A stretch of 64,000 bases of DNA from NCBI GenBank assembly GCA_025059595.1, contig JANXDI010000029.1, forward strand, positions 157,561 to 221,560, given 5' to 3'. The translations under genes and the position numbers were made by a program. Origin of the DNA: Candidatus Calditenuaceae archaeon (GTDB lineage: Archaea; Thermoproteota; Nitrososphaeria_A; Caldarchaeales; Calditenuaceae). This document shows positions 38,666-49,056 of the stretch, one piece after another (within the stretch, counting starts at the first letter, position 1; each line of letters opens with the position of its first letter). The notes beneath the pieces are model-generated. The model was not told the origin of the DNA, searched no databases, and saw only the letters and a list, made by a program, of their open reading frames with translations.

Positions 38666-38869
38666 CTACTCGAGGAGCACTACAAGCCTTCTGTCCTCGT
38701 CTAAGCTGTGAATCCTAACTATCCCCCTGACCTCGAGAATTATTAATGCGTCCCGAAGCTCTTTCGCACTAACCGTTCTACTCCTCGTGTTTAAGGCCTC
38801 CAAGAGGGCGGACTCCATCATCTTATTGTTGTTACGCCTCAAAACCTCGACAACATCTTGCAAGTTCAT
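38666..38869 (-). CDS. Small putative winged-helix protein (hypothetical)
   Basis: 67 aa, co-directional with and 12 nt downstream of cdc48 (…SAKELRDALIILEVRGIVRI…). Weak. Confidence 0.3.
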   Translation of the reverse strand: MNLQDVVEVLRRNNNKMMESALLEALNTRSRTVSAKELRDALIILEVRGIVRIHSLDEDRRLVVLLE

Positions 38870-38881
38870 GACCTGAGTCTA

Positions 38882-41071
38882 CTATCCGAACATAGGCAGA
38901 GACTTCTCAGCTCCGCGGAGGTGCTCCGAAACTTTCTCATACTCCTTCAGCATAGATGGAGTGACACTCGGCTTCACGGTCTTCAGGGCCTCCTGAAAAT
39001 CGCTCCAAGAGACCTGCTGAACCTCCCTGTCTCTCCTCAAGGCAGACATGGCCGCCTCCCTGCAAAGAGACTCCAAATCAGCCCCAGAGTACCCCTCCGT
39101 CATGGCGGCGAGCTTACGGAGATCAACGTCAGGTGCTAGAGGCATGGCGCGTGTGTAGATTCTGAGCACGTCATATCTTCCTTTTTCGTCGGGTGGGGGG
39201 ACATAAATCAGCCTGTCGAACCTCCCAGGCCTCAGAATGGCGGGGTCCATCAAGTCTGGCCTATTGGTGGCGCCGATGACAACAACTTCGCGGAGCTCCT
39301 CTATTCCGTCCATCTCAGCCAAAAGCTGACTTGCAACCCTATGGGTCACGCCTGAACTATCATCGAGAAGGTCCTTTCTCGGAGCAATAGTCTCTATCTC
39401 GTCGAGGAAGACGATACAGGGCGCGGCCTGCCGCGCCTTCCTGAAAACCTCCCTAATCGCCTTCTCAGACTCACCTACCCACTTTGAGTAAATCTCGGGG
39501 CCTTTGATTGTGACGAAGTTTGCCTCAGACTCTGTGGCGATGGCCTTTGCCAGCAGGGTCTTCCCGCAACCAGGCGGGCCGTATAGCAATATTCCTTTGG
39601 GAGGCCTTATGCCGAGCTTCTCAAACTTCTCGGGATACTTCAAGGGCCACTCGATTGCCTCCACCAGCCTTTGCTTCACATCCGACAAACCACCAACATC
39701 TTCCCACCGAACTGTCGGAGTCTCAATCTCAACCTCCCTAAGAGCCGTCGGAGTAATCTCGCGATAAGCCTCGTGGAAGTCCTTCATAGTTACCTCAAGC
39801 GAGTTGAGAATTTCAGGAGATATTCTCTCCTCGTTGAAATCTATGCTAGGCAGAATCCTTCGGATACATTTCATCGCAGCCTCCCTGCATAGGGCGGCTA
39901 TGTCCGCCCCGGTGTACCCTTTCGTCATCTCGGCTAGTTTCTCTAAATCAACGTCGGAGGCGAGAGGCATGCCCCTAGTGTGAATCTGGAGAATCTCCTT
40001 CCTACCCCTCTTATCAGGTATGCCTATCTCAATCTCCCGGTCAAACCTGCCCGGCCGGCGGAGTGCGGGGTCCAGAGCATTCGGTCGATTTGTCGCACCT
40101 ATGACAATAACCTGACCTCTACTCTCCAACCCATCCATAAGGGCGAGAAGCTGCGCAACGACTCTCTTCTCAACCTCACCAGTAACCTCGCTTCGCTTCG
40201 GCGCAATTGCGTCAATCTCGTCGATGAAGACTATGCTAGGGGCCTCCTCCTCGGCCCTCCTGAAAATCTCCCGAAGCTTCGCCTCAGTCTCACCATAATA
40301 CTTATTCATAATCTCAGGACCATTTATCAAGATGAAGTTAGCCTCAGCCTCCGTGGCCACCGCCTTCGCGAGAAGAGTCTTTCCACAGCCCGGAGGTCCG
40401 TATAGAAGCACACCCTTTGGTGGGTCTATTCCGAGGCGCTGGAAGAGTTCTGGGAACCTGAGAGGAAGCTCAATCATTTCTCTAATCCTTTGTATCTCCT
40501 CTTCTAGACCGCCAATATCCTCATAAGTCACGTGAGTGCTAAGAGACTTTTCCTGAACAGCCCTACTCTGAATGACAATTCTAGTGTTGGGAGTGATTTT
40601 AACGACGCCCGTAGGCCTAGTCTGTATAACTGCAAAGTTGAAAAGGTTCCCAAAGAAGAGGACAGGGACAATATTCTTCTGCACGACTGGATATTCTATC
40701 AGACGGCTCTTCACGAGCTTTGTAAAATTCTCATCCGGCTTTATTGTGCTGTTGACAGGCGCGAGGGTCACGAGCTTGGCCTCTCTAACCTGGGCCTTCC
40801 TCACGAGCACGTAATCGTTTAAGGAGACACCTGCGTTGTTCCTTATGTAGCCGTCTATTCGTACGATGTCTTTCTCCTCTTCAAGATAGCCTAGCCAAAG
40901 AGTAGCCACAGCTAGCTTCTTCCCTCGAATCTCAACAACATCACCCGTCGCTAGATTTGCTGAGCTCCCGACCTCCCTATCTATCCGCGCTATACCATAG
41001 CCGACATCCCTCTGCCTCGCCTCCGCAACCCTAAGCCTGAGCTCGTGAACAGGTTGAATCGAGCTACTCAT
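38882..41071 (-). CDS. cdc48: CDC48/VCP-like AAA+ ATPase (N-domain + tandem AAA modules)
   Basis: Two Walker A '[13 protein letters not shown]', two Walker B '[16 protein letters not shown]', and an SRH region in each module. Confidence 0.9.
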   Translation of the reverse strand: MSSSIQPVHELRLRVAEARQRDVGYGIARIDREVGSSANLATGDVVEIRGKKLAVATLWLGYLEEEKDIVRIDGYIRNNAGVSLNDYVLVRKAQVREAKLVTLAPVNSTIKPDENFTKLVKSRLIEYPVVQKNIVPVLFFGNLFNFAVIQTRPTGVVKITPNTRIVIQSRAVQEKSLSTHVTYEDIGGLEEEIQRIREMIELPLRFPELFQRLGIDPPKGVLLYGPPGCGKTLLAKAVATEAEANFILINGPEIMNKYYGETEAKLREIFRRAEEEAPSIVFIDEIDAIAPKRSEVTGEVEKRVVAQLLALMDGLESRGQVIVIGATNRPNALDPALRRPGRFDREIEIGIPDKRGRKEILQIHTRGMPLASDVDLEKLAEMTKGYTGADIAALCREAAMKCIRRILPSIDFNEERISPEILNSLEVTMKDFHEAYREITPTALREVEIETPTVRWEDVGGLSDVKQRLVEAIEWPLKYPEKFEKLGIRPPKGILLYGPPGCGKTLLAKAIATESEANFVTIKGPEIYSKWVGESEKAIREVFRKARQAAPCIVFLDEIETIAPRKDLLDDSSGVTHRVASQLLAEMDGIEELREVVVIGATNRPDLMDPAILRPGRFDRLIYVPPPDEKGRYDVLRIYTRAMPLAPDVDLRKLAAMTEGYSGADLESLCREAAMSALRRDREVQQVSWSDFQEALKTVKPSVTPSMLKEYEKVSEHLRGAEKSLPMFG

Positions 41072-41149
41072 CCACTCAACACGGGAATGTCCAGGGGTTT
41101 ATTTAAGTTGTCCCTCGAAACAAGTTATAGATTATCACGAGATATCAGT

Positions 41150-42415
41150 TTAAAAAACCAACATCTCAGGCTCAACCTTCCTCCCATGGATGCTTAGAAG
41201 TGTTGAAGGAACTTCCACGCCACCATAAAGTTCTGCGTCGCCCCTGCCGAGAGCCAAAGCAGCGGCTATCCTTCCGAGAGAGTCGGCCTTCATAACACCA
41301 CTACCGCTTCCGCCAGTAGCGACCACGAGATTCATCACCCTGAAGGCGACAGGGTTCTCATCGATTGTGTTTATCGAGTAGCAGCCGGCCCATTTAGACT
41401 GCGGCCTCACACCCTCAATCACCGGGAAAATCTTCCTCAAAAGCGGATAAACATTATCCACGAAGAAAAGGTCCTCAGCCTCAAAGTCAAGCCCCCACTT
41501 TCTGCCAATGTCGTCGCTAAGACCCATCCATAGGCTCTTATCTCTGACCCTCGGCGCGACAAAAGGGCCCCTAGGTATAAATGTCATGGGCATGGTGCCG
41601 AACTCGTTAAACCCATCTACCTTAAAGAATGCCTCGAGGCCACCACGGGCAGGGACAGCGAAGACCTGCCGTTTCTTCGGCTTAACATACGAGTCAATAC
41701 CTAATGGGTCGAGAAGCTCCTGAGACCAAGCCCCCGTGGCTAAGATGAACCTCTCAGCCTCAAACGTCCCGAGAGAGGTCTCAACAGACTCTATCCTCTT
41801 CTCCTGCCACGCAAAGGGCTCTCGGGGATGACCTATTCTATTCAAAGGAGCGAGCCTCAACCTCTCAGCCTTGACGTTGAACCGGAAATCAACACCCAGC
41901 TCAACCAACGCCTCATAGTAGAAATTCGCTAACTTCTCAACATCGAGATACCCGCTAAAAGGCGAGAATATGGCCCCCCTAATCGGCCTTAACCCCAATA
42001 GCTGGGACTCTTCATCCACCAAATCAAGCTCCAAGAACCCAACCCTCTTTTTCAGCTCTTCCCTAGAAACCAGCTTTGCCGTCCCGGCTCGGAGAATCTC
42101 TTCGACTTGCTTAACATAATTAGCGTATTTAGATTCGTCTAAGAGAATAAGGTAGCCTACCTGATGTATTCCAAGGTCGTAGCCGTTCTTCTGCACATCG
42201 AGATAAAATTTCACAGTAGTTTCAGATATCAGCCTATTCACGCTTGAAGTGAATAGGCCCATCCTGAAGCCGCCAACACTCTTCGCTGTATTCCCCTGAG
42301 CCGGTCCCGCTAACGCGTCGAGAACTAGTATCCTCCCACCCACGCTTTTAACGAAGTGATAAGCAGAGGCTAACCCCACTATACCAGCCCCAACAACTAT
42401 CAAATCATATCTCAA
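41150..42415 (-). CDS. FAD-dependent oxidoreductase (DAO family; D-amino-acid/sarcosine-oxidase-β-like)
   Basis: 'YDLIVVGAGIVGLASAY' dinucleotide fold. DAO-type C-terminus. Confidence 0.75.
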   Translation of the reverse strand: MRYDLIVVGAGIVGLASAYHFVKSVGGRILVLDALAGPAQGNTAKSVGGFRMGLFTSSVNRLISETTVKFYLDVQKNGYDLGIHQVGYLILLDESKYANYVKQVEEILRAGTAKLVSREELKKRVGFLELDLVDEESQLLGLRPIRGAIFSPFSGYLDVEKLANFYYEALVELGVDFRFNVKAERLRLAPLNRIGHPREPFAWQEKRIESVETSLGTFEAERFILATGAWSQELLDPLGIDSYVKPKKRQVFAVPARGGLEAFFKVDGFNEFGTMPMTFIPRGPFVAPRVRDKSLWMGLSDDIGRKWGLDFEAEDLFFVDNVYPLLRKIFPVIEGVRPQSKWAGCYSINTIDENPVAFRVMNLVVATGGSGSGVMKADSLGRIAAALALGRGDAELYGGVEVPSTLLSIHGRKVEPEMLVF

Positions 42416-42603
42416 CTACAAGCACCAGCCCTTCACACAGCCAAGACAAAAAAAGTAATGCATTCTTAAACTTTATGAGACCAAAAATAGCGACCCCGAA
42501 ACCCAATAACCAGTCCCACATTACCTGAGGGGATAACCTCAAGTTTAATGAGAAGGGAGAGGAAAAGAGCCTCTCCAACTTCGCAGGCTTTCTTATAGAA
42601 ACA

Positions 42604-42613
42604 AATATATACA
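42604..42613 (+). promoter_or_regulatory. TATA box (aaatatatac) 22 nt upstream of ATG 42635 (oppA-like)
   Basis: Only 7 nt from the track's ATG at 42620, so 42635 is the likely leaderless start. Flanked upstream by the inverted repeats TTTCT-N3-AGAAA and GGAGAGG-N7-CCTCTCC. Confidence 0.35.
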
Positions 42614-42634
42614 TCGTGAATGGAGCCATATCTC

Positions 42635-44314
42635 ATGACGCAAGAATCGTCACAAAAGAAAGGAGGTAGAAGGGTTGTAGCTATCGCCGTCGCCGTTGTC
42701 CTTGTTGCAGTTATAGTGGCTGCTGTTCTTATGATGAACATATCACCAATAGGTCCTGCTCAACCACCTCAAGAAAGACTTTTGAGGGTTTCTTTTGCTA
42801 ACGTGCCCTACATGGACCCAGCCGTAGGCTCCGACGAGGCGAGCTCCGTCTACTTCCTGAACGTATATGACACGCTTGTCTATCCGAATAAGGACGGGAC
42901 AGTCAGGCCTCATCTCGCTGAAAGCTGGGAAGTCTCCGGCGATGGGTTGGTCTGGACCTTCCGCCTGAGACAGGGCGTTAAGTTCCACAGTGGACGCGAG
43001 CTTAAGGCCGAGGATGTTGTATTCTCCCTGAAAAGAATGATAACGATTGGAGAGGGATACGGTTATCTGTTCAAACCCTACGTCGACTTGGAAAAGACGA
43101 GAGCGATTGACGACCGGACCTTGCAGATTGTTCTAACAAAGCCATTCGGCCCGTTCCTCATAACTCTAGTTAGGCTCTACATAGTCGACAGCCAGCTGGT
43201 GAGGCAACACATAGCTGATGGCCCCTACGGAGACATGGGAGACTATGGTAAGAGCTGGATGATGACAGGCGAACAAGACGCCGGGTCTGGCCCCTACAGG
43301 CTCCTCGAACATAAGAGGGGAGAGTCTGTGACTCTGGTCAAATTCGACGGATACTGGGGCGATATGGCCCAAAACGCCCCAACAAAGGTGATAATGTACG
43401 GTTTCACAGAACCGACCACAATACGCACGATGATGGAAAAAAGGCAGCTCGAGGTTACAGACCAATGGCAGCCGCTTGAAAACTATGATGCGATGGACAA
43501 GATAGAGGGAGTCGAGATAGCGAGGGTGCCCTCAGCAATGATATTTTACATAATGCTCCACACCCGAAAACCGCCTACAGATGACGTGCATGTCAGGAGG
43601 GCTATCGCCTTAGCATTTGACTATGAGACAGCCATAAGAGATGTAATGCCTTTCGAGAAGCGCCCGTCCGGTCCAGTACCAAGCATGTTACCGGGCGCCG
43701 ACTTAACTCGAAAGCCTTTAGAAAGGAACGTGGAGGCGGCTAAGGCGGAGCTTAGGAAGTCGAAGTATTGGGGCCAGCTTGACCAGTATCCGATAGAGTT
43801 CTGGTGGATTGCTGAAGTTCCATGGGAGGAGAGGGTTGCGCTGCTCTTCAAGCTGAATATGGAGGAGATTGGTCTTAAGGTGAACGTCGTGAAAGTTCCA
43901 TGGTTATCGGTCGTCGAGGGGATGACGAGAATGGAGACTACACCAAACGCTGTCTCTATATTCGTCATAGCACACTACGCTGAGGCGGGCTCAATTCTCA
44001 TGTCCAGATACCACTCCGAAGCAACTGGGACGTGGGAGCAAGGCGAATGGTTGATGAACCCTGAAATTGATAAGATGATTGAAGAGGCCTTAGCCACCGT
44101 GGACTTCAACCAGAGGATACAGAAGTATTACGAGATACAAAGGAAGCTAGACGAGATTTCGCCATCAGTGTATGTTTATGAGCATGTAGTGCTGAGGGCA
44201 TTTCAGGCTTCTTACGTTGACTACCCAGCGGCAAGGGGGGAGATTCTGCCGATTGCTGAATATGAACTTGACTTCAGATGGTTTCAAGTCTTCCCTGAAA
44301 GAATCCCACGATAA
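42635..44314 (+). CDS. ABC transporter substrate-binding protein, family 5 (oligopeptide/dipeptide/nickel; OppA/DppA-like)
   Basis: N-terminal TM/signal anchor, then 'FHSGRELKAEDVVFSLKRM' SBP_bac_5 signature. Confidence 0.8.
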   Translation: MTQESSQKKGGRRVVAIAVAVVLVAVIVAAVLMMNISPIGPAQPPQERLLRVSFANVPYMDPAVGSDEASSVYFLNVYDTLVYPNKDGTVRPHLAESWEVSGDGLVWTFRLRQGVKFHSGRELKAEDVVFSLKRMITIGEGYGYLFKPYVDLEKTRAIDDRTLQIVLTKPFGPFLITLVRLYIVDSQLVRQHIADGPYGDMGDYGKSWMMTGEQDAGSGPYRLLEHKRGESVTLVKFDGYWGDMAQNAPTKVIMYGFTEPTTIRTMMEKRQLEVTDQWQPLENYDAMDKIEGVEIARVPSAMIFYIMLHTRKPPTDDVHVRRAIALAFDYETAIRDVMPFEKRPSGPVPSMLPGADLTRKPLERNVEAAKAELRKSKYWGQLDQYPIEFWWIAEVPWEERVALLFKLNMEEIGLKVNVVKVPWLSVVEGMTRMETTPNAVSIFVIAHYAEAGSILMSRYHSEATGTWEQGEWLMNPEIDKMIEEALATVDFNQRIQKYYEIQRKLDEISPSVYVYEHVVLRAFQASYVDYPAARGEILPIAEYELDFRWFQVFPERIPR

Positions 44315-44329
44315 AGAGACATTTCCGGT

Positions 44330-45082
44330 GTGACCCGCATGGCCAAAATTTTATATATCAACCCCGTCGGGACAGACCTTTTTGACACCCCAACAAAAAA
44401 ATACCTCGAGACCTACGTAGACAGGGAGACGAGCATAGATGTAGTCTCTTTTGAGTCAGGCCCACATCACCTAGAATACTACTCATACGATGCCTTGATG
44501 GTGCCTCGCATATTGAGAGAGGTCAAGAGAAGTGAGAAAGATGGGTACGATGCTTGTGTGATAGGGTGCTTTTATGACCCGGGTCTGAGAGAGGCTCGCG
44601 AGATAAGCAATATCGTCGTTACGGCTCCTCTTGAGTCATCGGCGAGCATCGCGCTATCTCTGGGAGACAAGTTCTCAATAATAGTCGGGCGCAAAAAGTG
44701 GATACCGCTGATGATGAGCAGAGTCAAAGAATACGGTTTAAGGGATAGGCTTACATCTTTTAAGGACATAGAAATGGGTGTCCACGACCTTCATAAAGAT
44801 GAGAGGGAGACGGAAAGGCGTCTTTTCAAAGTTGTGGGGGAGAGTATTGAAGAAGGGGCAGAAGTCGTAATCCTTGGTTGCACGGTCTTCTTTGGCTTCT
44901 ACCGCCAAATTCAAGAGAAATATAATATTCCAGTGATAGACCCGATAGTTGCTGCAGTCAAGCAGGCTGAACAGCTTGTTAAGCTGAAAGAGTTTTGCGG
45001 ATGGTCTCACAGCCGAATATACTCATACAGCCCGCCGCCCACCTCAGAGCTACAGAAGTGGAACCTATCAGACCTGCTGTGA
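44330..45082 (+). CDS. Asp/Glu/hydantoin racemase family protein (HyuE-like)
   Basis: 'KILYINPVGTDLFDTPTKKYLETY', and 'ACVIGCFYDPG' / 'VILGCTVFFG' Cys-containing half-site motifs of the racemase fold. Confidence 0.6.
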   Translation: MTRMAKILYINPVGTDLFDTPTKKYLETYVDRETSIDVVSFESGPHHLEYYSYDALMVPRILREVKRSEKDGYDACVIGCFYDPGLREAREISNIVVTAPLESSASIALSLGDKFSIIVGRKKWIPLMMSRVKEYGLRDRLTSFKDIEMGVHDLHKDERETERRLFKVVGESIEEGAEVVILGCTVFFGFYRQIQEKYNIPVIDPIVAAVKQAEQLVKLKEFCGWSHSRIYSYSPPPTSELQKWNLSDLL

Positions 45083-45083
45083 A

Positions 45084-46196
45084 TTGCCTCCTCCAAAAAA
45101 ATCCATCAAAGGTGAGCCCCCAAACTCTCGTATAGAGATAGGACAAAGCATTAGTAAAGAGGGTATTTGGGGGAAGTTAAGCAGATTAGCCGATAACTAC
45201 TACATCAGAAAATTAGCGCATAGTATCGTGACCCTGCTCGGCATATCGATACTCATATTCATGATTGCGCGCGTTCTTCCGGGAGACCCGGCGAGACTTG
45301 CCTTAGGGCCGAGGGCCCCTGAAGATGTTGTTGAGCAATACAGGAGGGCCCTTCACCTTCACGAGCCCTTATACGTTCAGTATTTCATGTGGCTCTCAGA
45401 CCTCTTTCACGGCAGGCTAGGCATCTCACTAGTTACCTTCAGAGACGTAGCAACGGACATAGCTGAATTCCTACCCGCCACGATTGAACTCCTACTTTTT
45501 TCACTAATCATAAACGTTATCGGGGCATTCGGGCTAGGTGTTCTAAGTGGTAGGCGTCCAAACTCTATGATAGATAACTTCGTTCGAATCTTCGCATACG
45601 CTGGAATAGCAATCCCCGCCTTCGTATGGGCCATAATACTACAGCTTGTCTTGGCCGGCTGGTTAAACTTACTCCCCGCGTATGGTAGGATTAGTTTAGG
45701 CTATGACGTGAAAAGAATAACTGGGTTAATAACGATAGACTCTCTCATACAGGGCAACTTTCTAGCATTCTTTGACGCACTCAGTCACCTCGTTATCCCT
45801 TCCCTTGCACTATCTATAGGGACCATAGCACAGGAGGCGAGAATCCTAAGGGCAAATCTGATAGAGAACGTGAATAAAGACTATGTCCTGAACATGTATT
45901 CTCACGGTCTCCCAAGCTCGATAGTGTTCTTCAAGTATGCACTTAAGCCCTCCATGATACCAACTGTAACTATAATGACCCTTGACATGGCCTCCTTGAT
46001 AGGAAACGCCTTCCTCGTGGAACTAATATTCAACTGGCCTGGACTCTCGCGGTACGGTATAACAGCAATGCTGAGAAAAGACTTAAACGCAATCGTAGGC
46101 GTGGTTTTAGTCATCGGCCTAGCATACACCCTAGCTTCAATAATTATCGACCTGCTTATTTCCCATTTAGACCCGCGAGTCAAGGCGAGGAGGTGA
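45084..46196 (+). CDS. ABC transporter permease (OppB/DppB-like)
   Basis: 'ARVLPGDPAR' N-terminal motif. 6 TM with an EAA-like loop. Confidence 0.8.
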   Translation: MPPPKKSIKGEPPNSRIEIGQSISKEGIWGKLSRLADNYYIRKLAHSIVTLLGISILIFMIARVLPGDPARLALGPRAPEDVVEQYRRALHLHEPLYVQYFMWLSDLFHGRLGISLVTFRDVATDIAEFLPATIELLLFSLIINVIGAFGLGVLSGRRPNSMIDNFVRIFAYAGIAIPAFVWAIILQLVLAGWLNLLPAYGRISLGYDVKRITGLITIDSLIQGNFLAFFDALSHLVIPSLALSIGTIAQEARILRANLIENVNKDYVLNMYSHGLPSSIVFFKYALKPSMIPTVTIMTLDMASLIGNAFLVELIFNWPGLSRYGITAMLRKDLNAIVGVVLVIGLAYTLASIIIDLLISHLDPRVKARR

Positions 46197-46203
46197 AAGA
46201 GCC

Positions 46204-47103
46204 GTGGATGAGTCTTTGGAGGAGCAGAGAAGGTACGTCCAGCTTGAGCGTACGGTTAAGCGAGAGAATTTGAGGCGGATATGGTACAGGTTCAAGAGGA
46301 GTAAACTCTCCCTTGTGGGTCTATCACTTGTCTGCGTCCTGATTGCATTCACAGCCTTTGCGGAGTTTATCGCCCCCTACCCGGAGCACGCCGGCCTCTA
46401 CATCAACTTCAAGGACGCGTACAGGCCTCCAAGCTTTGAACATCTACTCGGCACGGACATGTATGGAAGGGACGTATTAAGTAGAGTGATATTTGGGTTC
46501 AGATACGCCTTCATGCTGATAGGGATTGTCCTCTCACTTGTTGTGCCAACCGGTGTGATACTTGGACTGATTGCGGGCTACTATCGAGGGACGATTATTG
46601 AGACAATAATAATTAGATTATCAGACATTTTCATATCAATACCTTACTTGGTTCTTGCCTTAGCGATTGCGTCGATACTGGAGCCCAACATCTACAACGC
46701 GATGCTTGCTGTCTCGCTGATGTGGTGGCCGTGGTATGTAAAGCTGACACACTCAGTCACCAGCTCGCTTAGAAATGAGCCCTTTATCTTGGCTGTCGAG
46801 GCACAGGGCGCCTCTACCATCCACATACTTTTCCGGGAACTGCTACCAAACCAGCTGGGCATAATCCTCACGAAAATAACCTTGGACGCTGGGTGGGTTG
46901 TATTGATAGGAGCCGCGATTAGCTTCGTAGGGCTTGGCGCACAGCCACCTACTCCCGACCTAGGCACGATGGTTTCGGAGTACAGTAAATACTTGCCAAG
47001 CTATTGGTGGATGAGTATTGGCCCGGCCACAGGGATTATTCTAATCATCTTGGCATTCAATCTGCTGGGGGATGGAATTAGGGATGTGTTTGCAGGTGAA
47101 TAA
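46204..47103 (+). CDS. ABC transporter permease (OppC/DppC-like)
   Basis: TM core with '…YIPHHLG…'-type BPD_transp_1 loop. Follows OppB. Confidence 0.8.
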   Translation: MDESLEEQRRYVQLERTVKRENLRRIWYRFKRSKLSLVGLSLVCVLIAFTAFAEFIAPYPEHAGLYINFKDAYRPPSFEHLLGTDMYGRDVLSRVIFGFRYAFMLIGIVLSLVVPTGVILGLIAGYYRGTIIETIIIRLSDIFISIPYLVLALAIASILEPNIYNAMLAVSLMWWPWYVKLTHSVTSSLRNEPFILAVEAQGASTIHILFRELLPNQLGIILTKITLDAGWVVLIGAAISFVGLGAQPPTPDLGTMVSEYSKYLPSYWWMSIGPATGIILIILAFNLLGDGIRDVFAGE

Positions 47104-47105
47104 AG

Positions 47106-48074
47106 ATGCTGCTAGAGATTGAGGACCTTCACGTACATTACAAGAGCTACTGGTATGTGCAGAAGGTATTGAATGGCGTCTGGCTGAGAATGAGCGAAGG
47201 CGAAAGAGTTGGGATTATTGGTGAGACGGGGAGTGGAAAGACAACACTTCTCAAGTCTGTATTGAAGATTCTTCCTCAAAACAGTCTTATACCTCGAGGC
47301 ACAATCAAGTACAAAGATGTAGATATACTGAAATCCGGTGAAGCGACTCTCGCTTCAATTCGGAGGAAGGAGATAGGCATGATATTTCAGGACCCGATGG
47401 CGGCGCTAAACCCCGTTTTCAAGGTTAAGGACCAGTTACATGACGTGATTAAGTACAAGTTATTGTCGGAGGGACATAACCCATCTAAGGAGGAAATAAG
47501 GGGGCATGCTCTGCGGGCCTTAGACGATGTCAAGCTACCAGATCATGACAGAGTTTTAGAGTCTTATCCTTTTCAGCTGAGTGGTGGGATGAGGCAAAGG
47601 GTCATGATTGCCATGGCGTTGATATCGGCAGGCAAGTTATTGCTTGCTGATGAGCCTACAACAAACATCGATGTCACCATTCAAGACCAAATATTGAGGC
47701 TCATCGACAGGTTGGTGAAGGAGAGGGGGTTGAGCGCGATACTGGTATCTCATGCGTTGGGGATGGTTCGGCAGATGACTGACAGGTCTTATGTGCTATA
47801 TGCGGGGGATGTGATGGAGGAGGCGAGCACTGATGAGCTGTTTAACCACCCGATGCACCCTTATACTAGTCTGCTGATTTCCAGTGCTCCAAAAATAAGC
47901 ACTCGAGATATCGGCGAAGGCATCAGGGGCAAGCTACCCGACTACCGTTCACCCCCGCAGGGTTGCAGGTTCGCTCCTAGATGCCCCTATGCTATGGAAA
48001 AGTGTTACACGGTTAAGCCTAAGAGGACCATCGTCAACTCTGCCCACATAGTTGCTTGCCATCTCTACGAGTGA
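47106..48074 (+). CDS. ABC transporter ATP-binding protein (OppD/DppD-like)
   Basis: Walker A 'GETGSGKTT', signature 'LSGGMRQRV', Walker B 'LLLADEPTT'. Oligopeptide C-terminal Cys motif. Confidence 0.85.
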   Translation: MLLEIEDLHVHYKSYWYVQKVLNGVWLRMSEGERVGIIGETGSGKTTLLKSVLKILPQNSLIPRGTIKYKDVDILKSGEATLASIRRKEIGMIFQDPMAALNPVFKVKDQLHDVIKYKLLSEGHNPSKEEIRGHALRALDDVKLPDHDRVLESYPFQLSGGMRQRVMIAMALISAGKLLLADEPTTNIDVTIQDQILRLIDRLVKERGLSAILVSHALGMVRQMTDRSYVLYAGDVMEEASTDELFNHPMHPYTSLLISSAPKISTRDIGEGIRGKLPDYRSPPQGCRFAPRCPYAMEKCYTVKPKRTIVNSAHIVACHLYE

Positions 48075-48086
48075 AGGTGATACGCC

Positions 48087-49049
48087 TTGAACAGTGAAAC
48101 GATATTAACCGCTTCGAATGTCAGAAAATATTTTCCCATAAAGGAGGGAATAGTCAAGGCAGTAGATGGTGTTAGTTTCTCCATCAAATACGGGGAAACA
48201 CTCGCACTTGTGGGCGAGTCTGGCTCAGGGAAGACGACTACAGGACACGTAATTATGGGCTTTTATACTCCGGATGCCGGCGAATTGATTTTTAAAGGTC
48301 GGTACAGCCTATCGACACCTATCAAGAAAAGAGACCTCGAGTTGAAACGGGATATACAAATTGTCTTCCAAGACCCGGGCACATCGCTTAACCCCAAACA
48401 CATGGTGAAGGATATTGTGGGTCTGCCACTACGTATTCACCGCCTTTCGCAATCATCAAGCATATACAGTAGAGTTGCGGAGCTGTTGGACTTTGTTGGT
48501 TTAGGCGCGGATTTCATGTTCAAGTATCCTAGTGAGCTTGGAGGTGGAGAGAAGCAGCTTGTCGCAATAGCTAGGGCTCTTGCTCCGAACCCATCATTCA
48601 TAATCCTCGACGAGTCTACCTCCGCTCTGGATGTCTCCTCCCAAGCTAAAGTCCTTAAGACGTTGAGCAGAATACAGAGGGAGCATAATATCAGCTATCT
48701 CTTAATCACTCACGACCTAGGTGTGGTAAGAAACATATCCCACAGAGTAATGATAATGTATTTAGGCAAAATCTATGAAGAAGCTGCTACAGAGGAATTC
48801 TTCCACCGGCCTCTACACCCTTATACGCAGATGCTTCTATCCTCTATTCCGACACTCACCGAAGATGATGAAGCAATAAAACCAAAGGGAGTGGAGTCTG
48901 TGGGAGAGACGCCAAGCGCGCTCAACCCCCCGAAAGGATGCAGATTCCACACAAGATGCCCGTTCGCAAAACCCATCTGCAGCGAGCGAGACCCACCAGA
49001 TGTAGTCGTTGACAGCGGGCATATTGTTCGATGCTGGCTATATGAGTAA
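48087..49049 (+). CDS. ABC transporter ATP-binding protein (OppF/DppF-like)
   Basis: Walker A 'GESGSGKTT', signature 'LGGGEKQLV', Walker B 'IILDESTSALD'. Confidence 0.85.
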   Translation: MNSETILTASNVRKYFPIKEGIVKAVDGVSFSIKYGETLALVGESGSGKTTTGHVIMGFYTPDAGELIFKGRYSLSTPIKKRDLELKRDIQIVFQDPGTSLNPKHMVKDIVGLPLRIHRLSQSSSIYSRVAELLDFVGLGADFMFKYPSELGGGEKQLVAIARALAPNPSFIILDESTSALDVSSQAKVLKTLSRIQREHNISYLLITHDLGVVRNISHRVMIMYLGKIYEEAATEEFFHRPLHPYTQMLLSSIPTLTEDDEAIKPKGVESVGETPSALNPPKGCRFHTRCPFAKPICSERDPPDVVVDSGHIVRCWLYE

Positions 49050-49056
49050 AGCGGGG

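Noticed and set aside
39504-40822. Several 64-141-aa plus-strand ORFs inside cdc48
   Set aside because: They are antisense to a strongly supported AAA+ gene. The apparent internal 'repeat' in cdc48 is its tandem AAA-module duplication at protein level, not a DNA repeat element.
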